Source of the DNA: Patescibacteria group bacterium | GTDB lineage: Bacteria; Patescibacteriota; Microgenomatia; UBA8517 | NCBI GenBank assembly: GCA_026416845.1 | Contig: JAOAEL010000004.1 | Span: 11,271 to 75,270 of the forward strand | DNA length: 64,000 nt | Direction of reading: 5' to 3' | Part shown: piece by piece, positions 9,549 to 19,439 of the stretch | Layout of the letters: the number at the start of each line of letters is the position of its first letter | How positions within the stretch are numbered: the first letter of the stretch is position 1 | The notes under the pieces: generated by a model | Told to the model about the DNA's origin: nothing | The model's input: the letters and a program-made list of their open reading frames with translations, nothing else | Databases searched by the model: none | Translations under genes and position numbers: made by a program

Positions 9549-10829
9549 ATGCTTAGGAGTCAAAATATTTATCTTCCAAAAGGCACTATTGTACCAAATC
9601 ATATAGCTATAGTAATGGATGGGAATGGCCGTTGGGCCCGTTCTAGAGGATTGACTCCAACTAAAGGTCATGAAGCTGGCGCAAAAGCTATTTTCGAGAT
9701 TATAAAAGCCTCTCGTGATTTTGGAGTTCACACGCTTACTTTGTGGGGATTTTCAACTGAGAATTGGAAAAGACCTCCAAAAGAAGTTGCCAAAATTTTG
9801 TCTATTGTTTTGTTTTATTTAAATAAAGAAAAAGAAACTTTTAAGAAAGAAGGCGTGAGGCTTGTGCATTTGGGCAGAAAAGAAAAACTTCCCTTTGAGC
9901 TTAGAAACACAATTACTAAGATAGAAAAGGAAACTAAAAATCACACTAATTACATTCTTAATCTTGCAATTGATTATGGGGGGAGAGACGAGATAATTAG
10001 AGCGGTTCAAAAAATGATTAAAGATGGTATTTCACCTCAAGAAGTAACAGAAGAAAAGTTTGCTTCGTATTTGGACACAGCTGATCAGCCATATCCGTAT
10101 CCTGATTTGTTTATTCGAACTTCTGGGGAGCAAAGAACGAGTGGTTTTCTGCCTTGGCAAATGACTTATACGGAGTTTTATTTTGAGGAAGATCATTTGC
10201 CTGATATGACTGTTGAGAAACTGAAAGCCGCTATTCTTGACTTTAGCAGACGCAGAAGACGTTTTGGCGCGAAAGATAAGGTTGTGCATTTTACTTTTAA
10301 ACCCGAAGTTACTGCCAAGCTGGAGCTTGCGTGGTGGAGACTTGCCAACATTCCTGAAGGCAAAGGCTTTACGCAGTATGCAATTGAACATGTTAAAGAA
10401 CAATTTGGTATTTCTGGTTCTTTGGCAAAGCAAGCCGCGGTTTTGATGACAGAAGCTGTTTTGGAAGGCAAAAAAAGCAAATGGCAAAAAGCCAAGTCTA
10501 GACTTGTTGCGTTTTACAAATTATTAAAAAGTGAATTGAAGCTGGCATTTGAACCATCTCTTGCGGCTTCTTTGGAAGTTAAGTTCTGGCAGGAAACGAA
10601 TGGAAAAGAATCCGCTTCGGAAGTTCATAGCATAGAAAATACGGCAAGTCAGCTTTATGCGGAAGTGTACAGGATTTCGCTTCTTCAAGCTGCGAAACTT
10701 GCCCGTTTGAGAGTTCTGGCGGCGATAGAAATGAATTTGGCAGTAAAAGGTATGGGAGATTATCATTGGGCTAAAGCTGAAGATTATTTGGCAAAATTTT
10801 ATACGGAGTTAAAACGAAGAGTCGCTTAA
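9549..10829 (+). CDS. uppS: cis-prenyltransferase (undecaprenyl diphosphate synthase) with ~185-aa C-terminal extension
   Basis: PNHIAIVMDGNGRWA, FSTENWKRP, YGGRDEI, PDLFIRTSGEQRTSGF, RRRRFG, then an extra helical domain. Confidence 0.92.
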   Translation: MLRSQNIYLPKGTIVPNHIAIVMDGNGRWARSRGLTPTKGHEAGAKAIFEIIKASRDFGVHTLTLWGFSTENWKRPPKEVAKILSIVLFYLNKEKETFKKEGVRLVHLGRKEKLPFELRNTITKIEKETKNHTNYILNLAIDYGGRDEIIRAVQKMIKDGISPQEVTEEKFASYLDTADQPYPYPDLFIRTSGEQRTSGFLPWQMTYTEFYFEEDHLPDMTVEKLKAAILDFSRRRRRFGAKDKVVHFTFKPEVTAKLELAWWRLANIPEGKGFTQYAIEHVKEQFGISGSLAKQAAVLMTEAVLEGKKSKWQKAKSRLVAFYKLLKSELKLAFEPSLAASLEVKFWQETNGKESASEVHSIENTASQLYAEVYRISLLQAAKLARLRVLAAIEMNLAVKGMGDYHWAKAEDYLAKFYTELKRRVA

Positions 10830-10880
10830 AGCTTGTTAGTTTCCAAAAGGTTCTAAATTAGATATTCCAAAAACAGGTTT

Positions 10881-12671
10881 TTAAATCAAACTTAAATCTG
10901 TGGCTAATTTTTCCGTTTCAGTTAACAGTTCTGCGATTTCTTTTATTCCTTTTTCCCAGAATTCTTTTTTAGTTATGTCTATTTGAAGTTTTGCAAATAT
11001 ATTCTTTGGTGAATCGCTTTTGCCCGCGCTTAAGAATTCTTTTACTTTTTCTATAAATTTTTTATTTTGTTTTACTGAGGCTTGCAAAGACTTGCTTATC
11101 AAAAGGCCACTGGCGTATGAATACACATAGAAAAAATATCTGAAATGATGCACATAAATCCACCAATTCTCAGATCCGGGATCTTGCGACACAGCTTTTC
11201 CCATGTAACTTACCATGTGTTTTTGAAACATTTGACCAATTTCTTCTTTGGACAAATATCCTTTTTGGCGGAAAATATCATGCAGTTCAAGTTCGAAATT
11301 ATAAAATGCGATTTGTCTGAAAATTGTTGAGACATAATCATTAAGTTTTGCCATCATTAGCGATAGTCTGGTTTTTTGATCGGCATCTTGTATTAATTCT
11401 TGGAAAACGAAATCTTCAAAGAATGTGCTTGCCACTTCTGCGGTGGATGTAGGTGTTCCAAAGTTAATCTCGTTCTGCCTTTTTCGTATAAGTTCATTGT
11501 TGATCCCATGACCCAGCTCATGTGCCAATGTTGTTACATTATCAAACTCTCCCGTATGGTTAAGAAGTATGTATGTTGGAGTTGAGAGTGTTTGTGTTGT
11601 TGCAAAAGCTCCGTTTGCCTTGCCCTTTTTTGGGAATACGTCTATCTGACCATTTTCTTCAAAGTTAACAAAAATTTCCAAGAATTCTTTGTCAAGATTT
11701 TCTAAGACTTTTTTTACCAATCTTGACGCCTTCTCATAATCATACTTTTTGTTTACTTTGCCAAGCAGAATTGGGACATTTCTTTCATGATACGCAAGTT
11801 TGTCAACGCCCATTAGTTTGGCTTTTAGTAAGTAATACTTTTGAGATATGTCAAAATTTTTCGAGACTGTTTCAACCAGAGTTTTAACCACATCTGAATC
11901 TATATCGTCTGCCAAATGTCGTGCTTCGTCTGGTTTTTTGAATCCTCTTAATTCGTCGGTGATTTTTTTATATTGCAAAACTGAGTTTAGTTCATTTTCG
12001 GCAACTTCGGCATGTTTGGCTAAAATTTCATTAAATGCTTTTGCCGCGCTATTTCGCACTGATTTTTTCGAGCTGTTCATTAGGTTTAGTATTTCAGCAA
12101 AGCTTCTTGGTTTTAGTTTTTCAGATTCATCTTTTAGATTCTTTTCCTCTTTTGCCAAAAAGGAAGATAGCATTCTCGTCCAGTTATTGTAAGCAAGCGG
12201 AGAAAGGGTGTTTAGGATTTTTTCTTCAGGTTCAGTTAATAAATAATTTGCGCTTTCAAATAATTTTTCCAAGAAGTGTTTGTATGGCGTAAGAAATTTG
12301 CTTTTTAAGAATTTGCTTTGAGATTTTTTATCAACTTTTGAGATTCTGTGTGTAAAAAACTGCATCTGATTTTCAATCTTTATGGCAAATTCAGTCGCTT
12401 TGTTTACTTCCGCTTTTATTTGTGGGTTTTCTTGATCAAGAGACTGCCATAGATGATAGTAAAACATTTCTTTTGTGTTTGCGCCGTAGTTGGTAAGCCA
12501 GTTGGCATATTCGTCAAGCGCTTGTTTTAAGATTTCAGGTTTTTTCAGGTAGTCTTTGTTGTCTTGCCACTTTTGGACGAATTCTTTTGTTTTTTCTTCG
12601 ACAATGGTTCTTGTTTTTGATATTTCTTTCTTATCTTTGAATAGCAGTGTTAAGTTCCAGGAAGTTTTCAT
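10881..12671 (-). CDS. pepF: M3B oligoendopeptidase F
   Basis: TLAHELGHG (HExxH), AEVASTF, HF..FYVYSYA; start placed at MKTSWNL, 8 nt after an extended -10 box. Confidence 0.9.
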   Translation of the reverse strand: MKTSWNLTLLFKDKKEISKTRTIVEEKTKEFVQKWQDNKDYLKKPEILKQALDEYANWLTNYGANTKEMFYYHLWQSLDQENPQIKAEVNKATEFAIKIENQMQFFTHRISKVDKKSQSKFLKSKFLTPYKHFLEKLFESANYLLTEPEEKILNTLSPLAYNNWTRMLSSFLAKEEKNLKDESEKLKPRSFAEILNLMNSSKKSVRNSAAKAFNEILAKHAEVAENELNSVLQYKKITDELRGFKKPDEARHLADDIDSDVVKTLVETVSKNFDISQKYYLLKAKLMGVDKLAYHERNVPILLGKVNKKYDYEKASRLVKKVLENLDKEFLEIFVNFEENGQIDVFPKKGKANGAFATTQTLSTPTYILLNHTGEFDNVTTLAHELGHGINNELIRKRQNEINFGTPTSTAEVASTFFEDFVFQELIQDADQKTRLSLMMAKLNDYVSTIFRQIAFYNFELELHDIFRQKGYLSKEEIGQMFQKHMVSYMGKAVSQDPGSENWWIYVHHFRYFFYVYSYASGLLISKSLQASVKQNKKFIEKVKEFLSAGKSDSPKNIFAKLQIDITKKEFWEKGIKEIAELLTETEKLATDLSLI

Positions 12672-12770
12672 ACAGAAAGATTTTATCATATCAATAATTT
12701 AGAAAATTTTTAGAAATACCTTATGTGCTAGAATACAACTTGAATTAAGTCGAAGGCCTTTTTTGAAAAA

Positions 12771-12841
12771 CGGGGTATAGTTTAACGGTAGAATGGGCGC
12801 ATGGGGTGCGTCCGGCGCAGGTTCAATTCCTGCTACCCCGA
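12771..12841 (+). tRNA. tRNA-Pro(GGG), CCA not encoded
   Basis: Acceptor stem CGGGGTA/TACCCCG; anticodon arm GGCGC-ATGGGGT-GCGTC; T arm GCAGG-TTCAATT-CCTGC; discriminator A. Confidence 0.93.
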
Positions 12842-12936
12842 CTTAAATCTAAAGGAATAACATTTGTTATTTTTTACTTGCAAAATTTTCTTTAATCTTT
12901 AATTTGTTTAGATTTAAAATCATTTTTTTACTTGCT

Positions 12937-13578
12937 TTATTGTCTACATTTTGCCCAAAGCCCTACTGAGCCTGCTTTGGCTTTTTCTTGAGCATTTTTT
13001 AGTAGTGTCTGATATTTAACATCAGGAGGATATGTGATTGCGTATGCATAACCTTCAAGTACTAAATATTCATTCACAAACAAATCATTCACATAAACAT
13101 ATCTTAGTAATCTGCCGTATTTGTCTTTTTCGGAAACATCTTTTTCTAAAAATATTTCTTTGCCTTCTACCAATTCTTTGTTTTTCTTAAACGCTTCTTG
13201 ACCAAAACACTCAACACCTTTCCTTGCATCTTTTGTTTCCGGGGTGTTAATGCCTATGTATCGCACTATTTGTCTATTTTCCAGCTCAATTGTATCTCCG
13301 TCTATAACTTTTTTTACTTTTGCTTTTTCTTTGTTTTCTTTTGAATTTTGGTGGGTATTAGTTATTGGTGTGTTTGTTTGATTGTTTGCGTTTTCATTTG
13401 CTTGCGTTTTGTTTTGTTTTTCTATCTCCGAATTTGAATTTTGAAGATTTTGGCTTTCTTTATTGGTTTCTTGGAGTTGCGTAAACAAAGTTTCAATTAT
13501 GATTGCCAAAATTAGTAGTATCAAAACCGGCAAGGTGATTTTTTTTGATTTTAGTATCTGAAGAATCGTTTTTTGCAT
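12937..13578 (-). CDS. membrane-anchored thermonuclease (SNase-like)
   Basis: VIDGDTI, VRYIGINTPE, DKYGRLLRYV, GYA, GLW motifs; N-terminal TM helix and Asn/Gln-rich linker. Confidence 0.9.
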   Translation of the reverse strand: MQKTILQILKSKKITLPVLILLILAIIIETLFTQLQETNKESQNLQNSNSEIEKQNKTQANENANNQTNTPITNTHQNSKENKEKAKVKKVIDGDTIELENRQIVRYIGINTPETKDARKGVECFGQEAFKKNKELVEGKEIFLEKDVSEKDKYGRLLRYVYVNDLFVNEYLVLEGYAYAITYPPDVKYQTLLKNAQEKAKAGSVGLWAKCRQ

Positions 13579-13800
13579 GCTTTTTTAGATCTAAATTTTA
13601 AACATAATATACGCTTTGGTTTTTCAATAAAAGGTTGGTTGTGCATTTAGGGTATATACTCCTAATCTACTATTATTGAAAATTGAAAACAAACTTATTA
13701 TGAAGTACAATTTTGAGATTGCATGTGTGTTGACGGCAATGCAAATTGCTTTTAGAATAAGAAAACAAGCTATTATTACAAGTGTAAAAATTTCAAAGTA

Positions 13801-14049
13801 ATGTTGCAAAAATCTAGGCTTTTTTTGTCCGTGTCTGTAGTTGCTAATTTGATTTTGTTAGTAGTTTGCTTTGTTTTAGTTTATTGGCTTATTCAGCACA
13901 GACACCACGAAAGTTTGATTATAGATAACAATCAGGCAATAGTAGAGGTTGTGCAAGCCTTTGATTCAAGCGAAGTGGTTGGAGATCAAGTTGAAATTGG
14001 ACCGTGGGGTCCTCCGGTTGAAGAAATGAAAAAACACAGAAAGTGGTAA
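13801..14049 (+). CDS. small single-TM hypothetical protein
   Basis: ATG start, hydrophobic N-terminus, ends 4 nt before the next ORF. Confidence 0.5.
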   Translation: MLQKSRLFLSVSVVANLILLVVCFVLVYWLIQHRHHESLIIDNNQAIVEVVQAFDSSEVVGDQVEIGPWGPPVEEMKKHRKW

Positions 14050-14053
14050 TTTT

Positions 14054-15736
14054 ATGAGATCTTTTAAGTTGTTATTTTTTCTTTGTATATTTTGCTTGGT
14101 TTTTTTGTTTGCTTCTTCAACGTTTGCGCAAGTTTCAATTCCTACATATTTTCTAAAGAGTGGTAAAAATAATGTTATATGTGGACAAGGGCCAATGCGT
14201 CTTAGGTGGCTTGATTCTGCGCGTAAAACCTTGCAAATAACTTGTCCGGAAGGTATTGCACTTTCTCCTACTTTGACCTCTACAAGCACACCCGTGCCTA
14301 CTAGTTCTCACGCTGGGCATGAAGGTGTGACTACAGGAACACCTACGCGATCGCAAGTTTCTCCTACGCAAACGCCGCGTCCCACCTCAACACCCACAAT
14401 GGTACCTGAAAACGGTAGTCATAATGGAAATGGTTTTGGACGTGGCACCGGCAATTATGGTCAAGAAGTGGGAATCAATCTAGATAGACTAAATCAGCTC
14501 AAAGCAGAAGCGACTGCTGGCAGGTATGCGCGCCTTTGCACGAATGCGGAACATGACAGAACCAAGTGGCATTCTTTGGTAAATCCTGAAGCAAATTGCC
14601 ATTATGATCATCACCATGGTGATGATCCTTGGTATGTTGCAGATATTTTTGGTCCTCCTGGAGCTTGGTTTGGACATTCGGGCTGGTCCATATCTTTCCC
14701 TTGGCAAACATTTAGGGCTACAAGTGCTTATGAATCAAGTGATGTACATGTAGCCAGAAAAGAAATGGAAAATGATTTAAAGCACGAAGGTTATATTTGG
14801 ATAGTGAGGCGAAATCTGCCTTGTCAAGGTGGCAAAAATTGTGTTACAGATTACAGATTGCAAGTTCATGCAATGATGGGCGCAGGTGATTTTCCTGTTA
14901 GGTATCATTCTTTTTCAGTAGAGATGAGAGTTTGTGTTGACAAATCAAGGCCTGAAACTTGTGGAATAGCAAGAAAAGGTGGTTGGGCAGATCATGGCAG
15001 ACTATTTACTACTCCCGTAAATAATAATGGTGGTGCTATTGCCAATTGCGGTAATTCTCCAACTGATATTCATATACCTGTTCCTGCTGATAATTTATTC
15101 TTTAGGCTAGAAACAGAAGAGGAAAAGCCATGGGATGAGATTAGGTGTCATCCTCAGTTGAACTTGTCGGGAGTTAGAAGAAGAGAGGATGCTATTAATC
15201 CACTTTCTCCACTTCTTGATCCTCGACTTGAACTTGCGCATTGGTGGGCTAAATCAGGTGGCCCAACAGAATTGAGATTTCAGGTTTTATCTTATGATCC
15301 TGTAAGCAACATAAATCCTCGTAACCCTGGTCAGTGGTTACTATTTTGTGATCCAAACGCTCCTGCGTGTGATTTTAGCGCTTCGAAGTTTTCTGCTATC
15401 TTGGGGTATATTCAGCTATTTCGTTCTCGGTGGAGCTCTAGCGTCGGAGGCATAGACTTGAATTTAGACCCTGATGGTAATGGTATTTTGGATATAAACT
15501 ACTATACTGATAGGTGGGGATTGCCTGTGGCGGGATGCACAAAAGCAAGTCTTGATTGTATTCCTGTACAGCTAAGTGGTATTAGGCTTAATGGTATATT
15601 TATTGAAGGGGAAGGAGGCTATGCGCAAACAGACCATCCAATAGATGGCGGGAGACCTGCCAACCATGACATATCCCCTGCTGGCAAACAATGGGTTACT
15701 TGGTTTTATAGGCACGCGGGCTTGATGCATTATTAG
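14054..15736 (+). CDS. secreted His/Cys-rich protein of unknown function with Pro/Thr linker
   Basis: 560-aa ORF; signal peptide ending STFA-Q; PT-rich linker; CHYDHHHGDDP motif. Confidence 0.75.
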   Translation: MRSFKLLFFLCIFCLVFLFASSTFAQVSIPTYFLKSGKNNVICGQGPMRLRWLDSARKTLQITCPEGIALSPTLTSTSTPVPTSSHAGHEGVTTGTPTRSQVSPTQTPRPTSTPTMVPENGSHNGNGFGRGTGNYGQEVGINLDRLNQLKAEATAGRYARLCTNAEHDRTKWHSLVNPEANCHYDHHHGDDPWYVADIFGPPGAWFGHSGWSISFPWQTFRATSAYESSDVHVARKEMENDLKHEGYIWIVRRNLPCQGGKNCVTDYRLQVHAMMGAGDFPVRYHSFSVEMRVCVDKSRPETCGIARKGGWADHGRLFTTPVNNNGGAIANCGNSPTDIHIPVPADNLFFRLETEEEKPWDEIRCHPQLNLSGVRRREDAINPLSPLLDPRLELAHWWAKSGGPTELRFQVLSYDPVSNINPRNPGQWLLFCDPNAPACDFSASKFSAILGYIQLFRSRWSSSVGGIDLNLDPDGNGILDINYYTDRWGLPVAGCTKASLDCIPVQLSGIRLNGIFIEGEGGYAQTDHPIDGGRPANHDISPAGKQWVTWFYRHAGLMHY

Positions 15737-15990
15737 TTTGTTTCTGTTGTTAGTTTTTAACTTCTTTCTAGATTCATCATTTAGGTTTTGTATATTAGGG
15801 GTTGTTTTTGTTCTGGATTTTTATTAGTACCAAATAAAATATAGGTTTTATTTTCTTAACTGCCACTTTATTTTTACTTGCAAAATCTAAATATTACGTG
15901 CTTTGATTAGGCAACCAAACGGTTTAAAATACATGTTAATGTTTCTGGATAGGTAAAGTTGTTTTAGAAAACACGCGATTTTTTCTTTTC

Positions 15991-18432
15991 ATGACAAACA
16001 AGGTAAAAAGCAAAGAAGACAAATTTTACCAAGCACTGCAGGATGTTTTTATTGGGGCAAAGATAGAGGGTAAAGGTGGCTTTGTCAACCTGATGAAGAT
16101 AAAGTCAAACTACTACCGCAAAATTGAACAGCTGTTGAAATCTGACATTGAAAAAGCGTTGGAAGTCTACCCTTCTTTTAGAGACGAGCTTTTTGACAAG
16201 CTTTACTCATTCTTCAGTCGCTACTTTAGCGAAAGCGGTTCTATCTATTTCAACCAAACACCGTTTCACAACAATGTTTACGAAAAGGTTTACACAGAAG
16301 ATAAAGATGTAATCCTCTTCTGGAAGACACAGATGCTTTATTATGTCAAAACTGACAGAGTTTTCAGGAACTTGGAAGTTGAGATTGATGGATTTAAGTT
16401 TTACTTTGATGTGTCAAATCTTGAACACAAGAAGGCAAACGAAAAAAGAACGCTTATTTTTGGATTAAAAAAAGTCAGAGAGGATAAGACAATTGAAATT
16501 GCTGTTTCTTATTCTGAAAAGGGCACGAAAACAAAGACTGAAGAAATACTAAAAACTCTCAAAAAAGAAGGCATTCAGATGAACGAAGAGCAATTGGAGC
16601 GCGCCTTTAGATTTTTTGAAAGACAGAGTGAGGTTGATTTTTTTATCAACAAAAACGCAAAAAGCTTTTTGCAGGAGCAATTTAAACTCTGGAGTTACCA
16701 ATATTTCTGGGAAGGGGCGAAGGAGTGGACAGCTGACAGAGTGAACCAGTTACAGATTTTGAAAGATGTTGCGTTTAAGATAATTGATTTTATTGCTCAA
16801 TTTGAAGATGAGCTGGTGAAGATCTGGAACAAGCCCAAGTTTGTCAAAAATTCAAGCTATGTGGTTACTCTGGACAGGTTAAAGGACATACTGCTTATAA
16901 AAAGAATTCTTGAGCACAAAAATATTGCTGAGCAGATAAAGGAGTGGAAAGAGTTAGGGATAGTAGAGGAAGGTTTTCAAGTTCAAGATGTTTTTGAAAA
17001 TAGCCTTGAAGGTGAACGTTTGGCCAAGAAGTATGAGCACTTGCCAATTCACACAAAATATTTCAAAGACTTGGAACTTGAAATTTTGGGACAGTTTGAA
17101 AACCTTGATCAGTCACTTGATGGATGGCTTATCAAGAGCGAAAACTATCAGGCGCTAAACACAATCCTTCCGAAATTCAAAGAGAAAGTACAGACCATCT
17201 ACATTGATCCACCGTTTAATTTGGACTCATCGGACCAGTTTATATATCGCACAAACTACAAAGATGCCAACTGGGCAACACTGCTTGAAAACCGACTACG
17301 TATTGCGCGAGAGTGGTTAAATGAAAAGGGAAGCATTTTTGTGAGATGTGATTATAATGGTAATTGGATTGTACGGTGTCTTATGGACAATCTGTTTGGA
17401 AAAGAGAATTTTAGAAATGAGATAATTTTGAAAAGAGCAGGCGTTCCCCAACCAGAACAATACAACCTTAGGTTTAATCCTTACACAGAAACGCTATTTT
17501 TATTTAGCACTTCAGAACTATTTAGATTAAAACAAATTAGAATTCCTAGGAAGCAATTAAATCAGATACCAATGCACATGCCCAAAGAAAACAAAAATAG
17601 AGTTTCTGTAATCATAAATGGTGAAGAATTTTTCGCTCCAAAAGGTAGACACTTCCCATCTCAAGATTATGTAAATCAGTTATTAGCAGAGGGCAGAATA
17701 AAGATAATCGAGAAAGAATATATAGATGTTAGAGGTATAAAAAGGCATAAGATTCCCTATTTTTTACCCAAGGGTTTTGATTTAATCGACACTAATTGGA
17801 CTGAGATTGCGGGATATTCCTCAACTCATGGTTTTTCGACTGAGAATTCTGAAATTCTTCTTAAGCGTGTTATAGAATCTGCTTCTAATGGAGGCAATTT
17901 AATCCTTGACTTCTTCCTCGGCTCAGGCACAACTACAGCAGTAGCTCACAAACTTGGCAGAAAATGGATTGGTGTTGAGATGGGAGAGCATTTTTGGACA
18001 GTGGTTTTACCAAGAATGAAAAGAGTTTTGGCCTATGACAAATCAGGCATTTCGAAAGAAGTCAAAGAATATCAAGGCGGCGGATTCTTCAAATACTACG
18101 AGCTTGAGCAATATGAGGAAGCATTAGCAAATTGTAAATATGAAGATGGAGATTTGTTTACCGCCCCGGGCAGAAGCCCGTATCAGGAATATGTTTTCTT
18201 GAAAGATGAAAAAATTCTGAAAGCTTTGGAGATTGATTATGAGAATGGCAAGGTGAAAGTAAATTTGGATGAACTTTACCCCAACATTGATATTGCCGAG
18301 ACTCTGTCTAACTTAACCGGCAAGTGGATTAAAAAAATCAGCGACGGTGAGGTGGAATTTGAAGACGGGACAAGAATAAATACCAAAGATTTGGATTACA
18401 AACTCATTAAGCCGTTAATTTGGTGGGAATAA
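15991..18432 (+). CDS. mod: Type III R-M methyltransferase subunit (N6-adenine MTase, beta class)
   Basis: Motif IV IYIDPPFN precedes motif I DFFLGSGTT, with a variable TRD between; upstream of a Res-like helicase. Confidence 0.88.
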   Translation: MTNKVKSKEDKFYQALQDVFIGAKIEGKGGFVNLMKIKSNYYRKIEQLLKSDIEKALEVYPSFRDELFDKLYSFFSRYFSESGSIYFNQTPFHNNVYEKVYTEDKDVILFWKTQMLYYVKTDRVFRNLEVEIDGFKFYFDVSNLEHKKANEKRTLIFGLKKVREDKTIEIAVSYSEKGTKTKTEEILKTLKKEGIQMNEEQLERAFRFFERQSEVDFFINKNAKSFLQEQFKLWSYQYFWEGAKEWTADRVNQLQILKDVAFKIIDFIAQFEDELVKIWNKPKFVKNSSYVVTLDRLKDILLIKRILEHKNIAEQIKEWKELGIVEEGFQVQDVFENSLEGERLAKKYEHLPIHTKYFKDLELEILGQFENLDQSLDGWLIKSENYQALNTILPKFKEKVQTIYIDPPFNLDSSDQFIYRTNYKDANWATLLENRLRIAREWLNEKGSIFVRCDYNGNWIVRCLMDNLFGKENFRNEIILKRAGVPQPEQYNLRFNPYTETLFLFSTSELFRLKQIRIPRKQLNQIPMHMPKENKNRVSVIINGEEFFAPKGRHFPSQDYVNQLLAEGRIKIIEKEYIDVRGIKRHKIPYFLPKGFDLIDTNWTEIAGYSSTHGFSTENSEILLKRVIESASNGGNLILDFFLGSGTTTAVAHKLGRKWIGVEMGEHFWTVVLPRMKRVLAYDKSGISKEVKEYQGGGFFKYYELEQYEEALANCKYEDGDLFTAPGRSPYQEYVFLKDEKILKALEIDYENGKVKVNLDELYPNIDIAETLSNLTGKWIKKISDGEVEFEDGTRINTKDLDYKLIKPLIWWE

Positions 18433-18436
18433 CCTT

Positions 18437-19354
18437 ATGCTTTATAAAGTTTTTATAGACGACAGCGGAAAAAAAGAATATAAAAATCCTTATTCCAAAG
18501 ATTTTATTGCTCACCCTCCACCTTTTGAAAAATACGAAGAATTTTGGCGCGATAATTATTTCGTTTTGTGCGGTGTGCGGATTAAGCAAGAAGATCTAAA
18601 AATAATAAATTCTGAAATTAATCAATTAAAAAAGGAGTACTTTGGGACACATAGGGTTGAAATCAAGTCTGACTGGTTGCGTAACCCTCACAAAAGAAAA
18701 AGACGTTATTTAATCCCCTTTAAGATTTCACCTGAGAGGCTAAACGAGTTTGGGGAAAAATTTATAGACTTAATTGGGCTATACAAGGAGCAATTGAAAA
18801 TTTTAGCTGTTGTATTTGATAAAAGGTTTTACGGAGACAACAAGCGTCAGAAAGCCGAAGGTAAACCACTTTTAAAAACAGCACAGGTTTTATTTGAACG
18901 CGTGCAATATTCTGCTGGGTACAACATTGTTATTTTCGACCAAATGGAATCTTCTTTGAAATTGTCTAAAGGAGATCATGACAAAATTTTAAACGTATTT
19001 CAAAAAAATTGTGGAATGGAAAAAATCTTCGTAGATAAATATGACAAAATTATTGACATAAAATTTATGAGATCATGTGATGAAAATTTTTTACAGGTGG
19101 CTGACATTTGTGCATATAATGTTTTTCATCAATTTGTAAAATTTGGTAGAGATTGGACGGGAAAAACTAAATCCAAGGAAGGGAAAGCAACCATGAACTT
19201 TTACCCGTATTTTGACAGAATCAGATGTAATTTTCTTTACGCTCCTTCAAATATGCAAGTTAGAGGTATTGGCCTTACTTGTATTCCAGATATTGATAAA
19301 ATTAACTGGGATTTGTTAGAAGGATGTTTTGATGACAAAAAAACTTCGCATTGA
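18437..19354 (+). CDS. DUF3800-like protein (predicted RNase H-like fold)
   Basis: N-terminal FIDDSG, FVLCG, and C-terminal LQVADICAY (QxAD) are the hallmarks of DUF3800. Confidence 0.8.
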   Translation: MLYKVFIDDSGKKEYKNPYSKDFIAHPPPFEKYEEFWRDNYFVLCGVRIKQEDLKIINSEINQLKKEYFGTHRVEIKSDWLRNPHKRKRRYLIPFKISPERLNEFGEKFIDLIGLYKEQLKILAVVFDKRFYGDNKRQKAEGKPLLKTAQVLFERVQYSAGYNIVIFDQMESSLKLSKGDHDKILNVFQKNCGMEKIFVDKYDKIIDIKFMRSCDENFLQVADICAYNVFHQFVKFGRDWTGKTKSKEGKATMNFYPYFDRIRCNFLYAPSNMQVRGIGLTCIPDIDKINWDLLEGCFDDKKTSH

Positions 19355-19367
19355 GCGAAGTTTTTTT
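19337..19367. terminator. bidirectional intrinsic terminator
   Basis: Perfect 13-bp inverted repeat AAAAAAACTTCGC-attga-GCGAAGTTTTTTT giving a U7 tail on both strands; the DUF3800 stop codon is in the loop. Confidence 0.85.
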
Positions 19368-19435
19368 GAGGTCAGTTTCCTTGCGGATATTCCCATCGTC
19401 GAGAGGGGAACTAAGCCTTGCGACTAACCGACCAC
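19337..19435 (-). ncRNA. structured small RNA convergent with the DUF3800 gene (DUF3800 RNA motif-like)
   Basis: Minus-strand fold: closing helix GGTCGGTT/AACTGACC with hairpins AGTC-GCAA-GGCT, TTCCC-(11 nt)-GGGAA and TCC-GCAA-GGA, then the terminator. G-U pairs and GNRA loops work only on the minus strand. Confidence 0.75.
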
Positions 19436-19439
19436 ATTG

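Noticed and set aside
14270-14400. Repetitive-looking DNA in the secreted protein gene
   Set aside because: It encodes a Pro/Thr/Ser linker and is not a nucleotide tandem repeat or CRISPR array.
19370-19433. Reading the DUF3800-associated RNA as a tRNA
   Set aside because: No TTC-containing T loop, no 7-nt anticodon loop and no D-loop GG; it is only cloverleaf-like.
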